Assembly (NCBI RefSeq): GCF_009834535.1
Contig: NC_045698.1
Coordinates: forward strand, 5,272,001-5,336,000
DNA from: Camelus ferus
Taxonomy: Eukaryota
Length of the DNA stretch: 64,000 nucleotides
Reading direction: 5' to 3'
Each line of letters opens with the position of its first letter. Within the stretch, counting starts at the first letter, position 1. The notes under the pieces were generated by a model that searched no databases, had not been told where the DNA came from, and saw nothing but the letters and a program-made list of their open reading frames with translations. Below, in pieces: positions 38,008 through 51,860 of this stretch. The translations under genes were made by a program, and so were the position numbers.

Positions 38008-40049
38008 GAGTTGCATTTGAGATCCTGAACCAGATTCACTGTTTTTAATCAATATTTGATGTAATTCTAAGGACAGACCTATTCGTGAGACTTAGGTGGG
38101 AGAATCCTTGAAAACAAATCTGCAGTCTGATTACAAAGAATGTATTTTTTTAAGACAAAGATAAAACTTCAAAATTATGATGTACGAACAATATTGGTTC
38201 ACAGATCAGGTGTGTGACAAATTAACAGTCCAGCAAACTGGACCAGGAGAGCACCTTCATTCCTGAGTTTGAAGCAGGATTATTTCATTTCATTCAAGTC
38301 AATGAAATCCTAGGAACATGATGGCCCTTCATCCTCCTGCCGTGATGATTTTGCTGTACAATTTGCTGCTTGCCTCTTTCATTTGTATCCGAGGAAGCTT
38401 CAGACATTGCTTGATTAGCAGAATGAGAATTAATGCAGCTCTGCTCTGTCTTTTCTCATTTATTATTCTTTCCCTGAAAAGTTGATGTTATGCAGAAATG
38501 ATGGGCCCATCTCTTGGTATCAGTCGCGTCTGTGCCCAAGGGGACAATTAGTGTCTGAGGGCAGGCACAATATTTACAGGGTATCATCTGCAGGGTTTTG
38601 ACTTCAGAAGCTTTTCTCTGGAGGCTTCAATTTGCAGGACAAATAAGCAGAAATCTGAACATCTACGTCTGTGCTGGAGAGTCCTGAAGTTCTCTCTCCA
38701 AGCCAGCCGCTCAGCGTAGTGGTCACAGCAGAAGTAGTAAATGCCCACCTTAGGGTTCAGTGGTGTGTTCACGAGAGAAGCGTCAAGCAGCTCCTGCCAG
38801 GAATCTCTTCAGTTCCCTCCCTGCTCAGAGAAAGCCTTCTGACGTTAGCTGGGATTTGCTCTGTGCCCCAGTGTGGCCAGGGTTTGGACTAGGGGCTGGG
38901 AGGGGGCTGAGGGCTGTCAGCACCATCGGAGGCTGTGAGACTCACCCCAGGAGCAATTTTGCTTTGGGTTCACATCTCCAAGTTCAGCACAATTAGGAAA
39001 AAGGATTATTCTCCCCACCAAAAAAAAAAAAAAAAAAGGATCAATCACGTCTAAGAGATAATGATTACGTATTGCTTAGGACTGGAACTGGTGCGTGGAA
39101 AGTAGTCAATAAATATTTGCTGAACGGGGAAAAGAATCTTGAATTAAGAGCAGAGCAACTGCGTTCGAATAAAGTGGTTCTGTCATTTCCCCGAAGAACA
39201 GGGGAAAGTTCATTTCCGTGTAAAAGCGAGGTCTCCTATTCTTTGATCAACAATTCTGGGTGCCCCAAATGCGAATTTATAGGCCTTTCTTGAAGGAGAA
39301 CTTAGTCGCAACATCGAAGGGACTGGTCTCCCCTCCAAAGCTCTGGCGCCCACCCTCACCCCCCACCCCAGCTCTCTTAGACGCACGGCTTCACACGTGC
39401 AAGCATCCAGGCTTAGACAGAGCAGCCTGCTCCAGACTAGGATCCCAAGTTGCTGAGGGCCTTATCGCTGTCAAGGAGGGAGCCAGGTCTGCCGCCTCCC
39501 CAGCACACTCCAGTGCTCTTTTGTGATACCTTTCATAGTTGATGTGATGAACATCTCTGTGTGACACTGCACTGCTGACAGTCTTAAGTCTGGGAGCACA
39601 TGGCTGGTTGATGAAGGCTCATCGCATCGCATCTGGTGAGAACAAACGCTTCAGTTGGAGGACACAGACAACAACAATTTGCATATAGAATGGCACCTGC
39701 AGCCAAGGAGAATGGGTTGAGTCTCATGACTTCAGCCTTTTCTTAGGAAAAAAGCTTCTAGAGAAGTGATCTGTTTTTTTATAGCTGAAGAGATGCGTCT
39801 GACACTGGGTGGGGGATTTCCTGCCCTGTGTAATTCCTACACCCCTTGAAGCAACTCCAAGGTGTCTATGTGAATGAGGAAGTGAAATTTCATCAAGTCA
39901 GAACAGCTATGACAATCATACACACACAAGGACCGAGCACACAGGTGGGTGTGCACGCCCTCATGGTGTTGCTTCTGCCTGCAGAGCTGGAGTAAAAATC
40001 ACCCCCAGATCAAAGTGGAAATAACAATGCTGTCTCCCTTGTATTTGTC

Positions 40050-40290
40050 CAGGATCGGTGGGCTCCCACTTTGCATCATACAGGGGACCCAGGTTCAGAG
40101 CAGCCTCTACCTGGGACATTGCTGGTCCCCAAAAGAGAGAGCGACAAAAGCGTGACGAGCCCCAGGCTGGCTCTTAAAGCTTCTGCTCAGAAGAAGCACG
40201 CATCATGCCCATCACATCTCATTATTTAGACCAAGCCACGTGGCCAAGCTTATCGTCAGTGGGGCGAGGAAAGAGAGGGTCAACACCTGT
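40050..40290 (-). mobile_element. Old MaLR LTR fragment (MLT1J/K-like)
   Basis: 'ggctcttaaagcttctgctcagaag...cacatctcatt...aagccacgtggccaagc'. Confidence 0.6.
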
Positions 40291-41529
40291 TTCAGGACAA
40301 CAGTTGAGTTACTGCAAGTGTTGTGTGTTTATAACCACATTGTCATCTGGGCATCCAGTGTCACTGAGGGATTGCATTTGAATGTTTAAATATTCCATTT
40401 TACTCTTTGTGATATTTAATACAATGGATCCCACATATTAACTTCTTTCTATGTCTTCTTATCATCTCCTCTGTCCATGGTACTGTTAGCATCTTCATTT
40501 TTCCTTCTTTTCAGAAGAACTCACCCGGCCACCTATATGTCATGAGGTTGTTTTCCCCCCAAAATCCAGTAGTGTGGTCAGTCTTCGCACATTTCTCTGC
40601 CATTTTCTTCAACTGGCTCTGCCTGTTTTGGGCTGGATGGTGTTCCTTGAATATAGGCAGAGGACCTTTGAGAGGCAAGTCATACCAGAATCCACATCAC
40701 TCTGGAGCACTTGACTTTTTTACTTTACAGCACGTGAGTATGGAGGCCTGTTTGCACAATGAGATCCCCTTTGGGTGATTCAGCAGCACTGGTGTTGAGC
40801 TGTGTTGGGTCAGACCTTGTGGGGTCACCAGCCTGAGAGGCACATGTGATGCTCAGGGGCCCTCCCGTCGTCTTGCTCCGGGTGCCATGTGCAGCCGTGT
40901 GCACTGCTGCTGGTCAAGGGAACAGAGATGTGCCTCTTATCTTAAGACTTCCATATTCTCCCATCCTTGGAGCGACTACTTTATGAGTGATGTTTTTTCC
41001 ACTAGAGGCTCTATTTTGAGGAGTTGAATTGACGGTTGATTGTACACCATTCAAGTCTAGAAGTATCAACTTACTGCCACCTGTGACTACAGACATAATT
41101 TATAATTTGACTTGATTAGGCTTTTGTTCTCTAACTTCTCCTAACTGGAGAGTAGGCGCATGTAGATGAACATTTATTTCTTTCCACCCTCTCTTAATGC
41201 CTTGCTCTCTAAAAGCATCTTGGTCGTCTCCACCCTCGCACTGAACTTACAGATCAGAGTGAATGGAACGAGCAGTCAGTGGTCGTAAAGCTGGAAGATA
41301 CAAGTTTCATCTGCTCATGACTTCCTAGTGAACACCACCTCTCCGAACCCATTCTGAGCCACACCTGTATCTGTTTTGCCTTTTTTATGGTCAAAAATAT
41401 TTACGTTTAAGTGAAATCGAAGGTGACCAGGGTTTATAAAGTGAGACAACAATATATGTACGCAATGAAAGGACTTATTGTTTTGTAAAAGGGAACAGCG
41501 GTTTGTTGAAATGCACATTGATTTTATTT

Positions 41530-41986
41530 GTATTGAAGTATGATTGATCTACAATGTTGCGTCACTTTCTGGTGTGCAGCGCAGTGACTTAGTCGTACAT
41601 ATATGTATTCTTTTTTCATGTTCTTTTTCATTAGATGTTATTACAAGCTATCAATATAGTTCCCTGTGCTATATAGTAAGACCTTGTTGCTTATCTATTT
41701 TGTATATAGTAGTTTGTATCTGCTAATCCCAAACTCCTAATTTATCCCTGCCGCCTTTCCCCTTTTTAACCGTAACTGTATTTTCTATTTTGTAAATAGG
41801 TTTATTTATGTCTTTTTATAGATCCCACATATAAGTAATATGATATTTGTCTCTCTCTGTCTGACTTACTTCACTTAGCATGATAATCTCTAGGTCCAAC
41901 CATGTTGCTGCAAATGGCAATATTTCACTCCTTTTTATGGCTGAGTAGTATTCCATTATATATGCATACCACAACATATCCATAGT
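41530..41986 (-). mobile_element. L1 3' end
   Basis: 'attgaagtatgattgatctacaatgttg...ctgacttacttcacttagcatgataatctctaggtcc...tttatggctgagtagtattcca'. Possible TSD acattgattttattt (41515) / atattgatattactt (41987). Confidence 0.9.
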
Positions 41987-44219
41987 ATATTGATATTACT
42001 TTGCACAAAGCATTGCAGTCTTCCTGTGAAATCGACAACCCTCCACACACAAACACTGCCCATTAACCTGGCACACCATAGCTCTTGTTTCTTATTCATC
42101 CTCCTCCAGTTCATTGGAGCCACTCTTCAAGAACAGCAAAAACCCAGCTTCCTCCTTGTCTTCTTTGTTAAGACTCCAAGTGTTCTCTCCTTTCTCAAAG
42201 TCCTTGCAGTCTTGGCCACTGCCTTGGAGCACTTGGAGTTTTTACTCTATGTCACTAATTGTTGAACTCTTAAACAATGAAGGGTAAATTCTAGAAAGGA
42301 CCTTTTATGGTTCCATAAAATTCTAGGAACTTACATGGACACAGAGACCTCCAACTCACCGGGTCCAGTAGACATTTTCTCGGCAGCCAAACTGGGACTG
42401 AAAGGCTGGAGTGGTGTGGCTGAGGTCTCCTGGACGGTGGCAGAGGGGTGGCAGAGGGGTGGCAGAGGAGTGGCGGGAGCTCATGTCTGCTCTTACGTAG
42501 GTGCTGTTTCTGCTCCAAAGTGCTGCTACTTTGTATCATATGTGAATATGATGACTGACTGTTTTTATAAAACTCAAAGAAAGAAAAAGCAAGACCTTTC
42601 TAACAGTAAGAGTATTCAGTGTTTTCTGATTGATTGATTGATTGAAGCAAGATTTCGAAGGAAGGACCTAAGAGAAACAAACTACATTTTAGAACAGGAG
42701 GCAGCAACATGAGCAGTAGTTGCTGGAACTTCACTGTGGAGCTGTGCGGGCGACAGAGGTTGGTGCCAGAGGTTGCTGCTTCTCTGAAACCTGCAAACGT
42801 GAGGCTGGCTGCAGGAGGATGCATGAGCTCGGGGAAGACACTGACTTAACAGTCACATCCCTGGCAGGTGTTTCCCAAGCACAGAGTTTTCAACATTTGA
42901 TTCCAAGTGGACACATGGTCCATTCATAGTGCAAGACAGTACTGAACGGCGTCATCTGTCTCCGCTTCACATGTGATGCAGTGGCTGTTGAGGGATCTGG
43001 TGTCTGTATATTCTGGTAGCTATTTTCTGTTGGGAGGAGAACATTTTAAAACAAAATTTCTTCTATTCATTGCATTGGTTTGGCTTCCTGATGTAATTGA
43101 ATTGCATTTAAAATAAGAACTGAATAGGAATGAGAATCTTGAAGGAGAAAAAATATTTAATTCTTGTGAAAGAGTGTGTCATTGTCAACCTCCCTTTAGA
43201 AAGCACAGCAGATTTAACTATTACACGCCTTGGTTTAATGAAGGAATAGGACATAATGTGCATCATTGTATCTCAGCTCAAATTTTAAGTTCAGGTCTTC
43301 TTGGCTTAAATTGTATTTTCTTGTCAACCGAAATAATCTCAAAAACAGCATAAAATATAAAGTTAAATATGTACTTTGCTTCATTATGTTAGAAACACTT
43401 CAGAGTGCAGAGTGTCCTGAATTTTGATCAATAGCACATTGAAATTTATGACCTCTGTAGCTTTTCTAGGAGGCACAATTTTATAAAACAAGTTCTCGGA
43501 AAAATTTATTGCTAATGAATAATAATTAGAGGTTTAATAAAGGGGTGTGTTGAAGTGGAACTCTCAAACTGGGGCCAAGTGGTACATTGGATAACCTTTG
43601 AATAGGCCAGAATTAGCCAAATTCTCTGTAGTTAGACAGTCTTTTTCAGTAAGAGAAATAAACGGTAATGGTATATATCCATCAGTTTTGTGACAACTTG
43701 ATTTTCCAAAAGACCCCTTAAAGACTGTCTCCAGTGGGCTTGGAGATAATGTAGCTGGGTTATATCTGATATATTAAGCACTTAAGTTTGTGTGTCGCTC
43801 TCAGATAATTTGGCGGGCACACAGCTACATTAGCAAAAAGCTGAAATATTAATGGGAATATTAACCTTGTCAGATTATGAACTGAGTTGAAATTTATCGT
43901 CTATGCCATAGTACTGGGCTTTGCTTTGAGAGCACAGCATTTTACAAGGGAAGAAAGACATATGTAACAGTGCCCTGACTCACCACATGGGAGTGCAGGC
44001 TTTTGTGTAAGGCTTTCCCCATTACCCAGTGCTGTGATCGCCAGGAGGACACATGCAGACCCCAAAGCACAGACCCCGTCCTGAGCTCTGGTCACAGGTC
44101 TCACCCTCAACCAGCGGTCCTGGCATCACATGGTAGCAGAGAAGACTTGGGTCTTCTCTGTTTGGCTCTTTGGCTGTTACCAAAATCTTTATTCCAGTCT
44201 AACTTCACACAGATTCTTC

Positions 44220-44221
<2 letters not shown>

Positions 44222-44254
<33 letters not shown>
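44222..44254. repeat. (CA)n microsatellite
   Basis: Directly visible. Confidence 0.97.
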
Positions 44255-44259
<5 letters not shown>

Positions 44260-44537
44260 AAAATTTGGTTTACACAACATATGAAGTTTATTTCCTGCTT
44301 TTTTCAAACTACTTATAAAAAGCCAGTCGTCTGTCAACACTTGGGACTAAAATAAAGATCATCATTTACATTTGGTCATTAAATGAAACCAGGGGCATGA
44401 AAGAGGATTACTATATTCGATTCATCTTTTTTGTTCATGGAAACTGTCTTTCAGGAAAGGCTGGCTTTGTGTGCTTTGGGGTTTAGTGTATTCTTATTAC
44501 AGAATGCAGGAGGAAGAGAGAAGGTGCTTAGAGACGT

Positions 44538-44885
44538 CTCAGTTAGGGTTACCCCAAGCAGACCCTAAGACAAGGATGTGGGTATTGTCCTTTAGTTGGG
44601 AAATGGTTCCAGGTAGCAGAGTGAAGGAGTTGGGCAGGGAGGGAGGTCAGCTATTGAAAGGGGACACTGGTGGCAACATGGGCTCGGTCCATCTGGACAC
44701 CCTCTGACTGAAGTGTGGAAGATGCTCACATCTGCCCACTGAGGGGTGTGGGTGCAGAAGCTGGGGTGTTTATCCATCCATTACGTCCTCATTGGTTAAG
44801 ACACAGAGAACTATAGATTTAGAAGGGAACAAGCCGCAGGGAAGGGAGAGGGAACGTGGTCAGGACACCGACAGCCTCGGCTCCA
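44538..44885 (-). mobile_element. ERVL LTR (LTR33/LTR16-like)
   Basis: 'aagcagaccctaagacaaggat...tgggaaatggttccagg...aagctggggtgtttatcca...ctcattggttaag'. Confidence 0.6.
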
Positions 44886-47752
44886 GAAAACATGACTAGA
44901 ACTGAATATAAACATTGGGAGAGCCTACTGAGAGCTTGAAGTCCATCAGGAGACCACACTGAATTCACGGGAAGACTCAGTAATCCTCATACGACAGCCG
45001 TGCAGAGTGATGTAAGCTGAGCCCTGGGACCTGGTGCGTGTTGTTTTCTCTTAGCCCTTGACTCATCCATCACCCGTCAGAAAGAGCACAAAATTGATTT
45101 TAATTGACTTAAGCCAATCATCACATCTCTGTAGACACGCAGACTCCACCGAGACTTCTAAACAGACAGCCTAAGCCAGACGCATAGTCTGCTACATCCT
45201 GCATGCCAGCATTTCTTGTCACTGTTTTAGAAGTTAGCAAATTTGTATTCAGTGTCTACTTGCTTTGATGATGACAGGGGTTTGATGGCGTCTCTGAGTA
45301 ACGTGTGTCCTTTTGCTCCCGTCTGGGGCTGCTCTGTTCATGTCTGAGAGTGTGACCAGACGGGTCGCCTGATTTTTGTTGGCAGCAGTGCCGTACCTTC
45401 CTCACTACATTTCCTAGGTCTTGAACGTTATGACTCCTTTGTAACATTTGAGCTCACACCCAATCATCCAGTTCAGGGATCATGAACAGAAAGAGGAAGC
45501 GGGGACCATCCATTCAGGGTTACTCAACAGCACCAGTGTGATTAACAGCCACTGAAATGGGCTGAAGGAAATGCAGCATTAGCATTAACTCAGTTCCAGG
45601 CTTTAAGGGACAAAGTCTGTCATCTCAGGCCTTCCTTGAATATATCATGTGGTTTATGACTCCACACTTCCCAAGTGTCTAACCACTGATTTGTCATGGA
45701 AAGTAAACCATTGAAGAATTGAAGATAAGTGGCAAATATATGTATTTGGCAGGCGGATAGCAGAAGACGAGTAGGTAATGGAATAGCTCTTTATATTAAG
45801 ATTACAAAAGGTGGTAGAGTACCATTTATTTAAAAAATAAATCCCATTGTCTTCATGTGGATCCCAGGGTCAGACAGGGAGCAGACACCTACTCGTGTAC
45901 ACACTAGGTCATCAACCATGGACATTTACCTTATTAAAAATTTTTGATTTCTACATTTCATGTCTTAATTTATAAGGAAACATCAAGGGGAATTTAACAA
46001 AAAGTAAAAAGATAATTATTAAATATAAAGTGTTCTCTTACTTTCTTAAGTACCAATAAAATTCCCTTTGGCTTGTGTCAGGTGCTATGACAAGTGTTAG
46101 TTCCCCGCCCTTTACCTAACTGCCTCTTCTTGCCTCTGTTACAAGGAGGTTTGGAATAACACCCAGCAGATAGGGCTGTGGTTTTGATGCAGTTGGCTCA
46201 CACGCAGAGAGCTCCCGGGAGAATGCGGGTCAGAGCCCGTGCTCCTGGCTGCACGTTTCTCTCTGTATTCCTAGGTCCCAGGCTTGTGGCTTCCTCTGAA
46301 CACCAGCCTGTGCTTCTCGCCTCATCTGACAGCTGTGCCCTGGGGGTGGGCCCCCTACCGGGTCATAAACAGCGTGGTGTCAGGGACACTGTCTCATTCG
46401 TCTTTGCATTTACCACGAGTGCTTATCAAGGGGCCTGGCATTTCCTGGGCAATGATGGATGTTTTCTGACTGGGTGAACAAATCAATGAATGAACAAACA
46501 AACGATCAACGCTGTTACACCAGTTCACGGAGAAGACCTCCCTGCCATGTACTGCGGTCCCCCACAGCCAGACTCAGTCTCCTGTTGACTTTGCCCCTGT
46601 CTTTCCCTGGAGCAGGATGGGCATGAGCTGTGGTCATTTCATCTTCATCAAGGTGCCCTCCTGGCCTCCTCTGCTCCTTTGGTGAAAGTTCGCAACAGCC
46701 CCCAAAGTGATGTGCACTGTGGGTGCGCCCAGGAGACAGACACCTGGGAGTGAAGCCCACCTCCCCCCCACCCCGCCCCACGTTCTCACCACTTTCTCCA
46801 CAAAAAGAAAAAAACAAATTAAAAAAAAGAGAAAGAAAATGTGGAAGAAAGAGAAAATGTTTCATTCCACAAATGTTTGTTTATACACACTGAATACCAG
46901 CTGCTAAATTCACAATACCTGGAGAATAGGATGTTTTCTATAAGAGATTGATGTTGAAAATACTCTAGCATGGATATAAACTTTCAAAGATTGCCCTTCT
47001 CTGATACTTTTTCTCAAAAAAAATTGCAGTTTCTTTGAAGAGAATGGAAATGTGCCATTTAACGAAAATAAGCACATATTCAAATATGTGCAATATCGTG
47101 TGCTACTATGTGCCAGGTTTACTGAATTTAAAGACTGAAAATACAAGAAAAGCTCACTGTCATCATTTCTTTGGGTCCCACCTGTGGTTCTCACTGACGA
47201 CAGTTTAGAGAAGCTAATGTTTTTGTCTCTGTCTGTATGTTGGTTTAGAGTCACTAAAGAGGAGTGGGTGGTCACCACAGAGAAAATGAAATATTTGAGA
47301 ATGTGTGACTATCTTATTTAGGGAATGTGGACTATTGGTTGACTTTCTAAAGTGCAATAAAGCTTATACTTTATCTCTCAAATGAACAAGCAGACGAAAA
47401 TGAGTGTTTTCTATTTTAGACTGACCACTGGTTTCTGGGATTTTAATATTATTTCTGCTTCACTACCTTAAGATCAAAATAGAAAAATAATGTCTTTGGG
47501 GAAATAAGTATGCCTTCCTTTTTCTCCACACTGAAGAGCACATGCTTAGAACTCAAAAAATGATAAGTAACACACTCTGACCTTAGAAAATCTGATTTGT
47601 TTTTCAATACGTGTTTCTAGAGTCTGTATTTTAACTTGTTGGAAAGAGCACTCACATTGGCCCCACTTCAATCAGGGATGATTTCAAGTGGCACTTGAAT
47701 GTGACCTTGGCTGTGCGACAGCTCTTGGTCTTTGCCCCACACCCTGTTTCAG

Positions 47753-47901
47753 GAGCGGCTTCTGCTGTCCCTGCTCCCAGCGCACATCGCCATGGAAATG
47801 AAAGCGGAGATCATCCAGCGGCTGCAGGGCCCCAAGGCCGGCCAGATGGAGAACACCAACAACTTCCACAACCTGTACGTCAAGCGCCACACCAACGTCA
47901 G
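47753..47901 (+). CDS. ADCY2: Adenylyl cyclase 2 coding exon (probably exon 5), start of C1a region
   Basis: Acceptor tttcag|GAG, donor AG|gtacgc. 149 nt = 49 codons + 2 nt: ERLLLSLLPAHIAMEMKAEIIQRLQGPKAGQMENTNNFHNLYVKRHTNV, recognised as ADCY2. Exon number is from memory of the human gene. Confidence 0.97.
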
Positions 47902-48769
47902 GTACGCCGGCCGCCGGGCTGGGCGCGTGCAGCGGGAGCCCACGTCTCCCGGTGTCGCGCATCCTTTGGAACTGTTCACCTTTGCGTGCAGAGGAGCGGG
48001 GAGGAGAGGGTACCACGCCACCCACCCGTGCGCTGCCTCTCAGGCCTTCACATTAAGATAAGGAAATGGGTTCCTCTACTTTACTGCATTTTGTGACCTT
48101 TAGTCACAAACGGGAGAGAGGGGGACAGTGGGGTCCTTATTCTGGGAACTTCCTGGTCAGATCTCATGGTGTACCTGGAACCCAGCACTCAGTGCTGCCA
48201 TGAGATTAAAGAGTCAGTGGGCTCTGGGCACAAGGACTGATTCCTCACGGTGGACTCGGCAGGGGCAGGGCTTGGGGAGCCAGCACTCTCCAGGGAAGCT
48301 GGGTGTCCTGCTGTCTATCAGGAAAAATGGCTTTCTGGGCTCTGGCCAACCAGTGCCCGCGTGATAGGGAGCCAGTGTGCACCTTAATGAGACTCTAGTG
48401 AAAGTTACTGCTCTTCTAAGAGTGGCACGGTCATGTCTGCTTCCCAGGGAGCTGTTCCTGGGATCCCAGTGACTGGGAAACTGGCGTAGGACTGTGGAAA
48501 GGAAGGAGGGTGGCGGAGGGCCTCTTCCCCCCTGAACCCTAGAGAGGAGCCGTGCGGACCCTCACTTCAGTCTGGAGAGGGTGCCCCCCCCCACACTCCT
48601 CGTCCAACTCTAGCTGCAAGGTGGGCCCCTCCAGATGTGGGTGCCCTGGTCCTCGCCGTTTTCTGTGCCCACCCGTTCCTGATAGCACTTCTCTGGTTGG
48701 GGGTGGGGTGTTCTTTCATCTATTCGATGATATTGCAGTGGCGGCTGGGTCATCTCAGTAAGTAACTTG

Positions 48770-48931
48770 TTGGGGGGAGGTATAGCGCAGTGGTAGGGCA
48801 CGTGTTTAGCACGCACGAGGTTCTGGGCTCAACCCTCAGTACCTCGATTAAGATAAATGAATAAATAAACCTAATTACCTCCCCCTGCTTCCTCCAAAAT
48901 AAAGCAAAACCAAAAAAGAGGTTAAAAAAAT
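48770..48931 (+). mobile_element. tRNA-derived SINE (camelid Vic-1-like)
   Basis: ggggaggtatagcgcagtggtag (A box)...gggctcaaccc (degenerate B box)...aataaataaacctaattacctcccc. TSD taagtaacttg (48759-48769 / 48932-48942). Confidence 0.85.
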
Positions 48932-49419
48932 TAAGTAACTTGGGTGCATCTGGCCTCATCCATTATGTTATTCCTTTAGTTGTCAGAGCTGCTCCCCCCC
49001 CATTCAGTAGTTTAGTAACAACCACCACAAACACAACTGAAATGTGCTGAGCATCGTCTAGAATTGGAATCGGGCCCTTTGCCCCCAAGTCCAGACCTTT
49101 TCCAAGCACGATGCTGCCTTCCAGTCTGGCAACTTCAGGTCAAGGATTTTTGAATTTTATTCATAAGAAACAGATTTAACTGCAGCTTAAATACATTGCT
49201 AAGACAAATCTCAATTTGACATACAATTTTAGAAAAAGCTATCGCCCAAGCACACAGAGAGCTCATATCCAGTAAGAAATGCATATTGAGAAGGAGGTAA
49301 CAGAATAAAAATTGTGTATCAAGTAGGAACTAAGGAACAATCATTGACCAAACGAGGAATCAGTAGTAAAAAAAAGTTTTTAAAGTCATCACCATTTTTT
49401 GGAATCATAGGACAGATCT

Positions 49420-49473
49420 CTCTCTCTGTATATGTATATGTATATATATATACATATACATATACAGAGAGAG
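49420..49473. repeat. Perfect 54-bp palindrome built from (TC)/(TATG)/(TA) repeats
   Basis: ctctctctgtatatgtatatg-(ta)6-catatacatatacagagagag is its own reverse complement. Confidence 0.95.
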
Positions 49474-49825
49474 CGTTTATCCACACATGTTAGGAGTAAA
49501 ATTATTTAAAACACTGGCCTGCTTTCAGGTTTTTAAGCATTTTACATATATATAATTTTTAAAAATTCAGATTTCCTGACAAGATGTACTAGAAATTGCT
49601 CTTTGCAGCCTTAACTGTCTTAAAATCAGCAATACCCCTTCCGTCTCGGGAGATACTTTTAAGTCGCTTATTGGTATTCAAAATATGTAAAGATGAATGC
49701 TTCTGTATTGTAACAGGATCACAGACTATCTTTAAGCCTCTGTGATACAGTCCGGGATCGACAGACCTATAAAAATGGCCGAAGACACCACCAGTCTCAG
49801 GCTGTTGACAAAGGGTCTGCATAAT

Positions 49826-50332
49826 GTCCATATCGCTTGTCAATTTCTGCATAACAATTACCTCAACACTTGGTGGCTTTAAAGAACATTAAACATCCCA
49901 CAGTTTCTGTGGGTTGGAGTTTGGAAGGAGCTTAGCCAGGTAGTTCTGGCATAGACCTTCCCATGAGGCTGCAGGCCAGATGTTGGCCGGGGCTGCTGGG
50001 GGATCTGCTTCCGACGTGGCTTCTCGCATGGTTGGCAGGTAACTTCCTGTTGGCTGGAAGCCTCACTTCCTCATCATGCAGCTTTTTGTCAGGTTGCTTG
50101 AGTGTCCTCCCAGTGTGGCCACTTGCTTCCTCACAGGGAGGGATCCAAGAGAGAGCCAGATGGAAACTGCAGTATCTTTTATGGCCCAGCCTTGGAGGAT
50201 CATTTCTGGTCATTTCTGCCGTATCCTGTTGGTTATGCAAGTCAGCCCTGTCCACTATAGGAGAAGACAGTACAGGGTGTGAGGACCGCAAGGGGAGGAC
50301 CCCTGGTGCCATCTTGGAAGCTGACGACCACA
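49826..50332 (-). mobile_element. MaLR solo LTR (MLT1F-like)
   Basis: 'tgcataacaattacctcaacacttggtggctttaaa...cacagtttctgtgggt...gccatcttggaagctgacgaccaca'. Confidence 0.82.
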
Positions 50333-50949
50333 CTAAGGCAAAGGATGAGTGAGGCAGCTTCAGTTGCCTTCAGAGATTGTCTGGAATATGTCTACAGCGT
50401 TGAATTAAATCTAAATTCATAAAATGCATTTCAGATCCTAAAGTAACTTACATACTTAGGAATTACAAAAGCTTAAATGGCGTGGAGTACCAATTATTTT
50501 TTAAAGAACTATGAAGACATACAGCTTTTTCGTCCTGAAACAGGACAGGTATACTAAGCAGAAAAGCAGGCACGACGCATGGCTAATGCAGATGGTTCGG
50601 TCGATACCTGAGGGTTTTTTAATGAGAATTATTAGGTTTATAGACCAAGAAGATCAGTTGATAACTTTTAGTTCTACTTTGATGATTCATTCAATGAAGC
50701 ATTCATTCCATGTTAATAAAATGTACTAGTTCTTTACTGACTGATGACAGCAGCAGTAATAGTAATACGTAGGGTGAGGGGAAAGTGGAGGAGAATCTAT
50801 AGATGTAAATGTAGCCCCTCCCAGTTGCTCCCTCTGAAGCCCCCCCACTAGTGCGGGAACATTCACAAGCCAATCACGTCTTTGAAAACAAACACGTACC
50901 CCTTGCCCCAGTGCCGCCCTCCAACTCTGAAATTACCTCTTTCTCCCAA

Positions 50950-51860
50950 GAATTCCATGGCCCCAGGTTCTGGAAAGATTTTCCTCACACTCTCTCTGAT
51001 TAGACTTCCTTATATTCTCCCCCTCCTCGAATCACCGCTGTCCGGCTTTAACCCCCACCCCGTCACAGCGCTCATTCTTCCTTAATTCACCCTCAGCTGT
51101 CTTATGTTCTCAAATCTGAGCATTACTTCCTTCTGCATCCTTATCTCATTAATTGTTCAGGTACCCTTGGGCCTGTTCACCTTGGCCTTGCACTTAAAGC
51201 ATTCTACAGAGGCCCTTGGCTTCCATGGCATTGCATCCCTTTTTTCTCTCCCTACAGTCTCCTTTGTGTTTTCTCGTCCCTAAATCTAGCCTCTCCTGTA
51301 AATGAGAGCACTTCAGGGCTCCCTCCTGACTCCTCTGTTCTCTCTAGCTCTCACCCAGGACTTTAGTGACCGTCACCAAGACGCTAAGGCACAGAACTCA
51401 ACCACAGCTTTCCGTAAGCACCTGCGTAGTGGGTGGATTCCTCTTGGGTGTTGCGCTGACAACTACCCTCAGACTCAACATAACCAAAGTGGAGCTAGTT
51501 CACCTTCCCTTGCAAACTTGATTTGAGTTGTACGAACCCAGTGTGTCTTTATCCTTAATCCTTTTGTCTCCCAGACCCGCCCCGACAACATCTAATTGCT
51601 GACAAAGCCTGACTCATTCTCCTCTTTGTGTGTCTCCCACATCTGTTCAGTTCTCTCCATTTCCCCGATTACAGATCTTCCACAGGACTGACAGGGTAGG
51701 CTTCTCACTAACCTGCCTGTCTCCAGGTTGCTGCAGCCAGAGTGATCTTTCTAAAGGTGATCTGATCAGAGCCTGTGTGGGGTGTGCTTCCCACGTGCCC
51801 CCACAGTGCTCACGCCTCCCCCACCAGAACCCTTTGCACATCGCATCATAGTTTCGTGCA
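50950..51860 (+). mobile_element. Degenerate L2
   Basis: Pyrimidine-rich; 'ctcagactcaacataaccaaa', 'ctgcagccagagtgatctttctaaa...tctgatca'. Confidence 0.65.

Larger units (their letters stand above)
1..47752 (+). other. ADCY2: 3' part of a large ADCY2 intron (probably intron 4)
   Basis: No upstream ADCY2-like exon found; repeat-rich; ends in a polypyrimidine tract and AG at 47751-47752. Confidence 0.85.

Noticed and set aside
38912..38932. RE1/REST-like site (tcagcaccatcgga)
   Set aside because: Only the left half matches; the right half GGACAG is absent.
48770..48850. Possible tRNA gene
   Set aside because: Degenerate cloverleaf followed by a SINE tail and flanked by TSDs. The same applies to 61316-61390.
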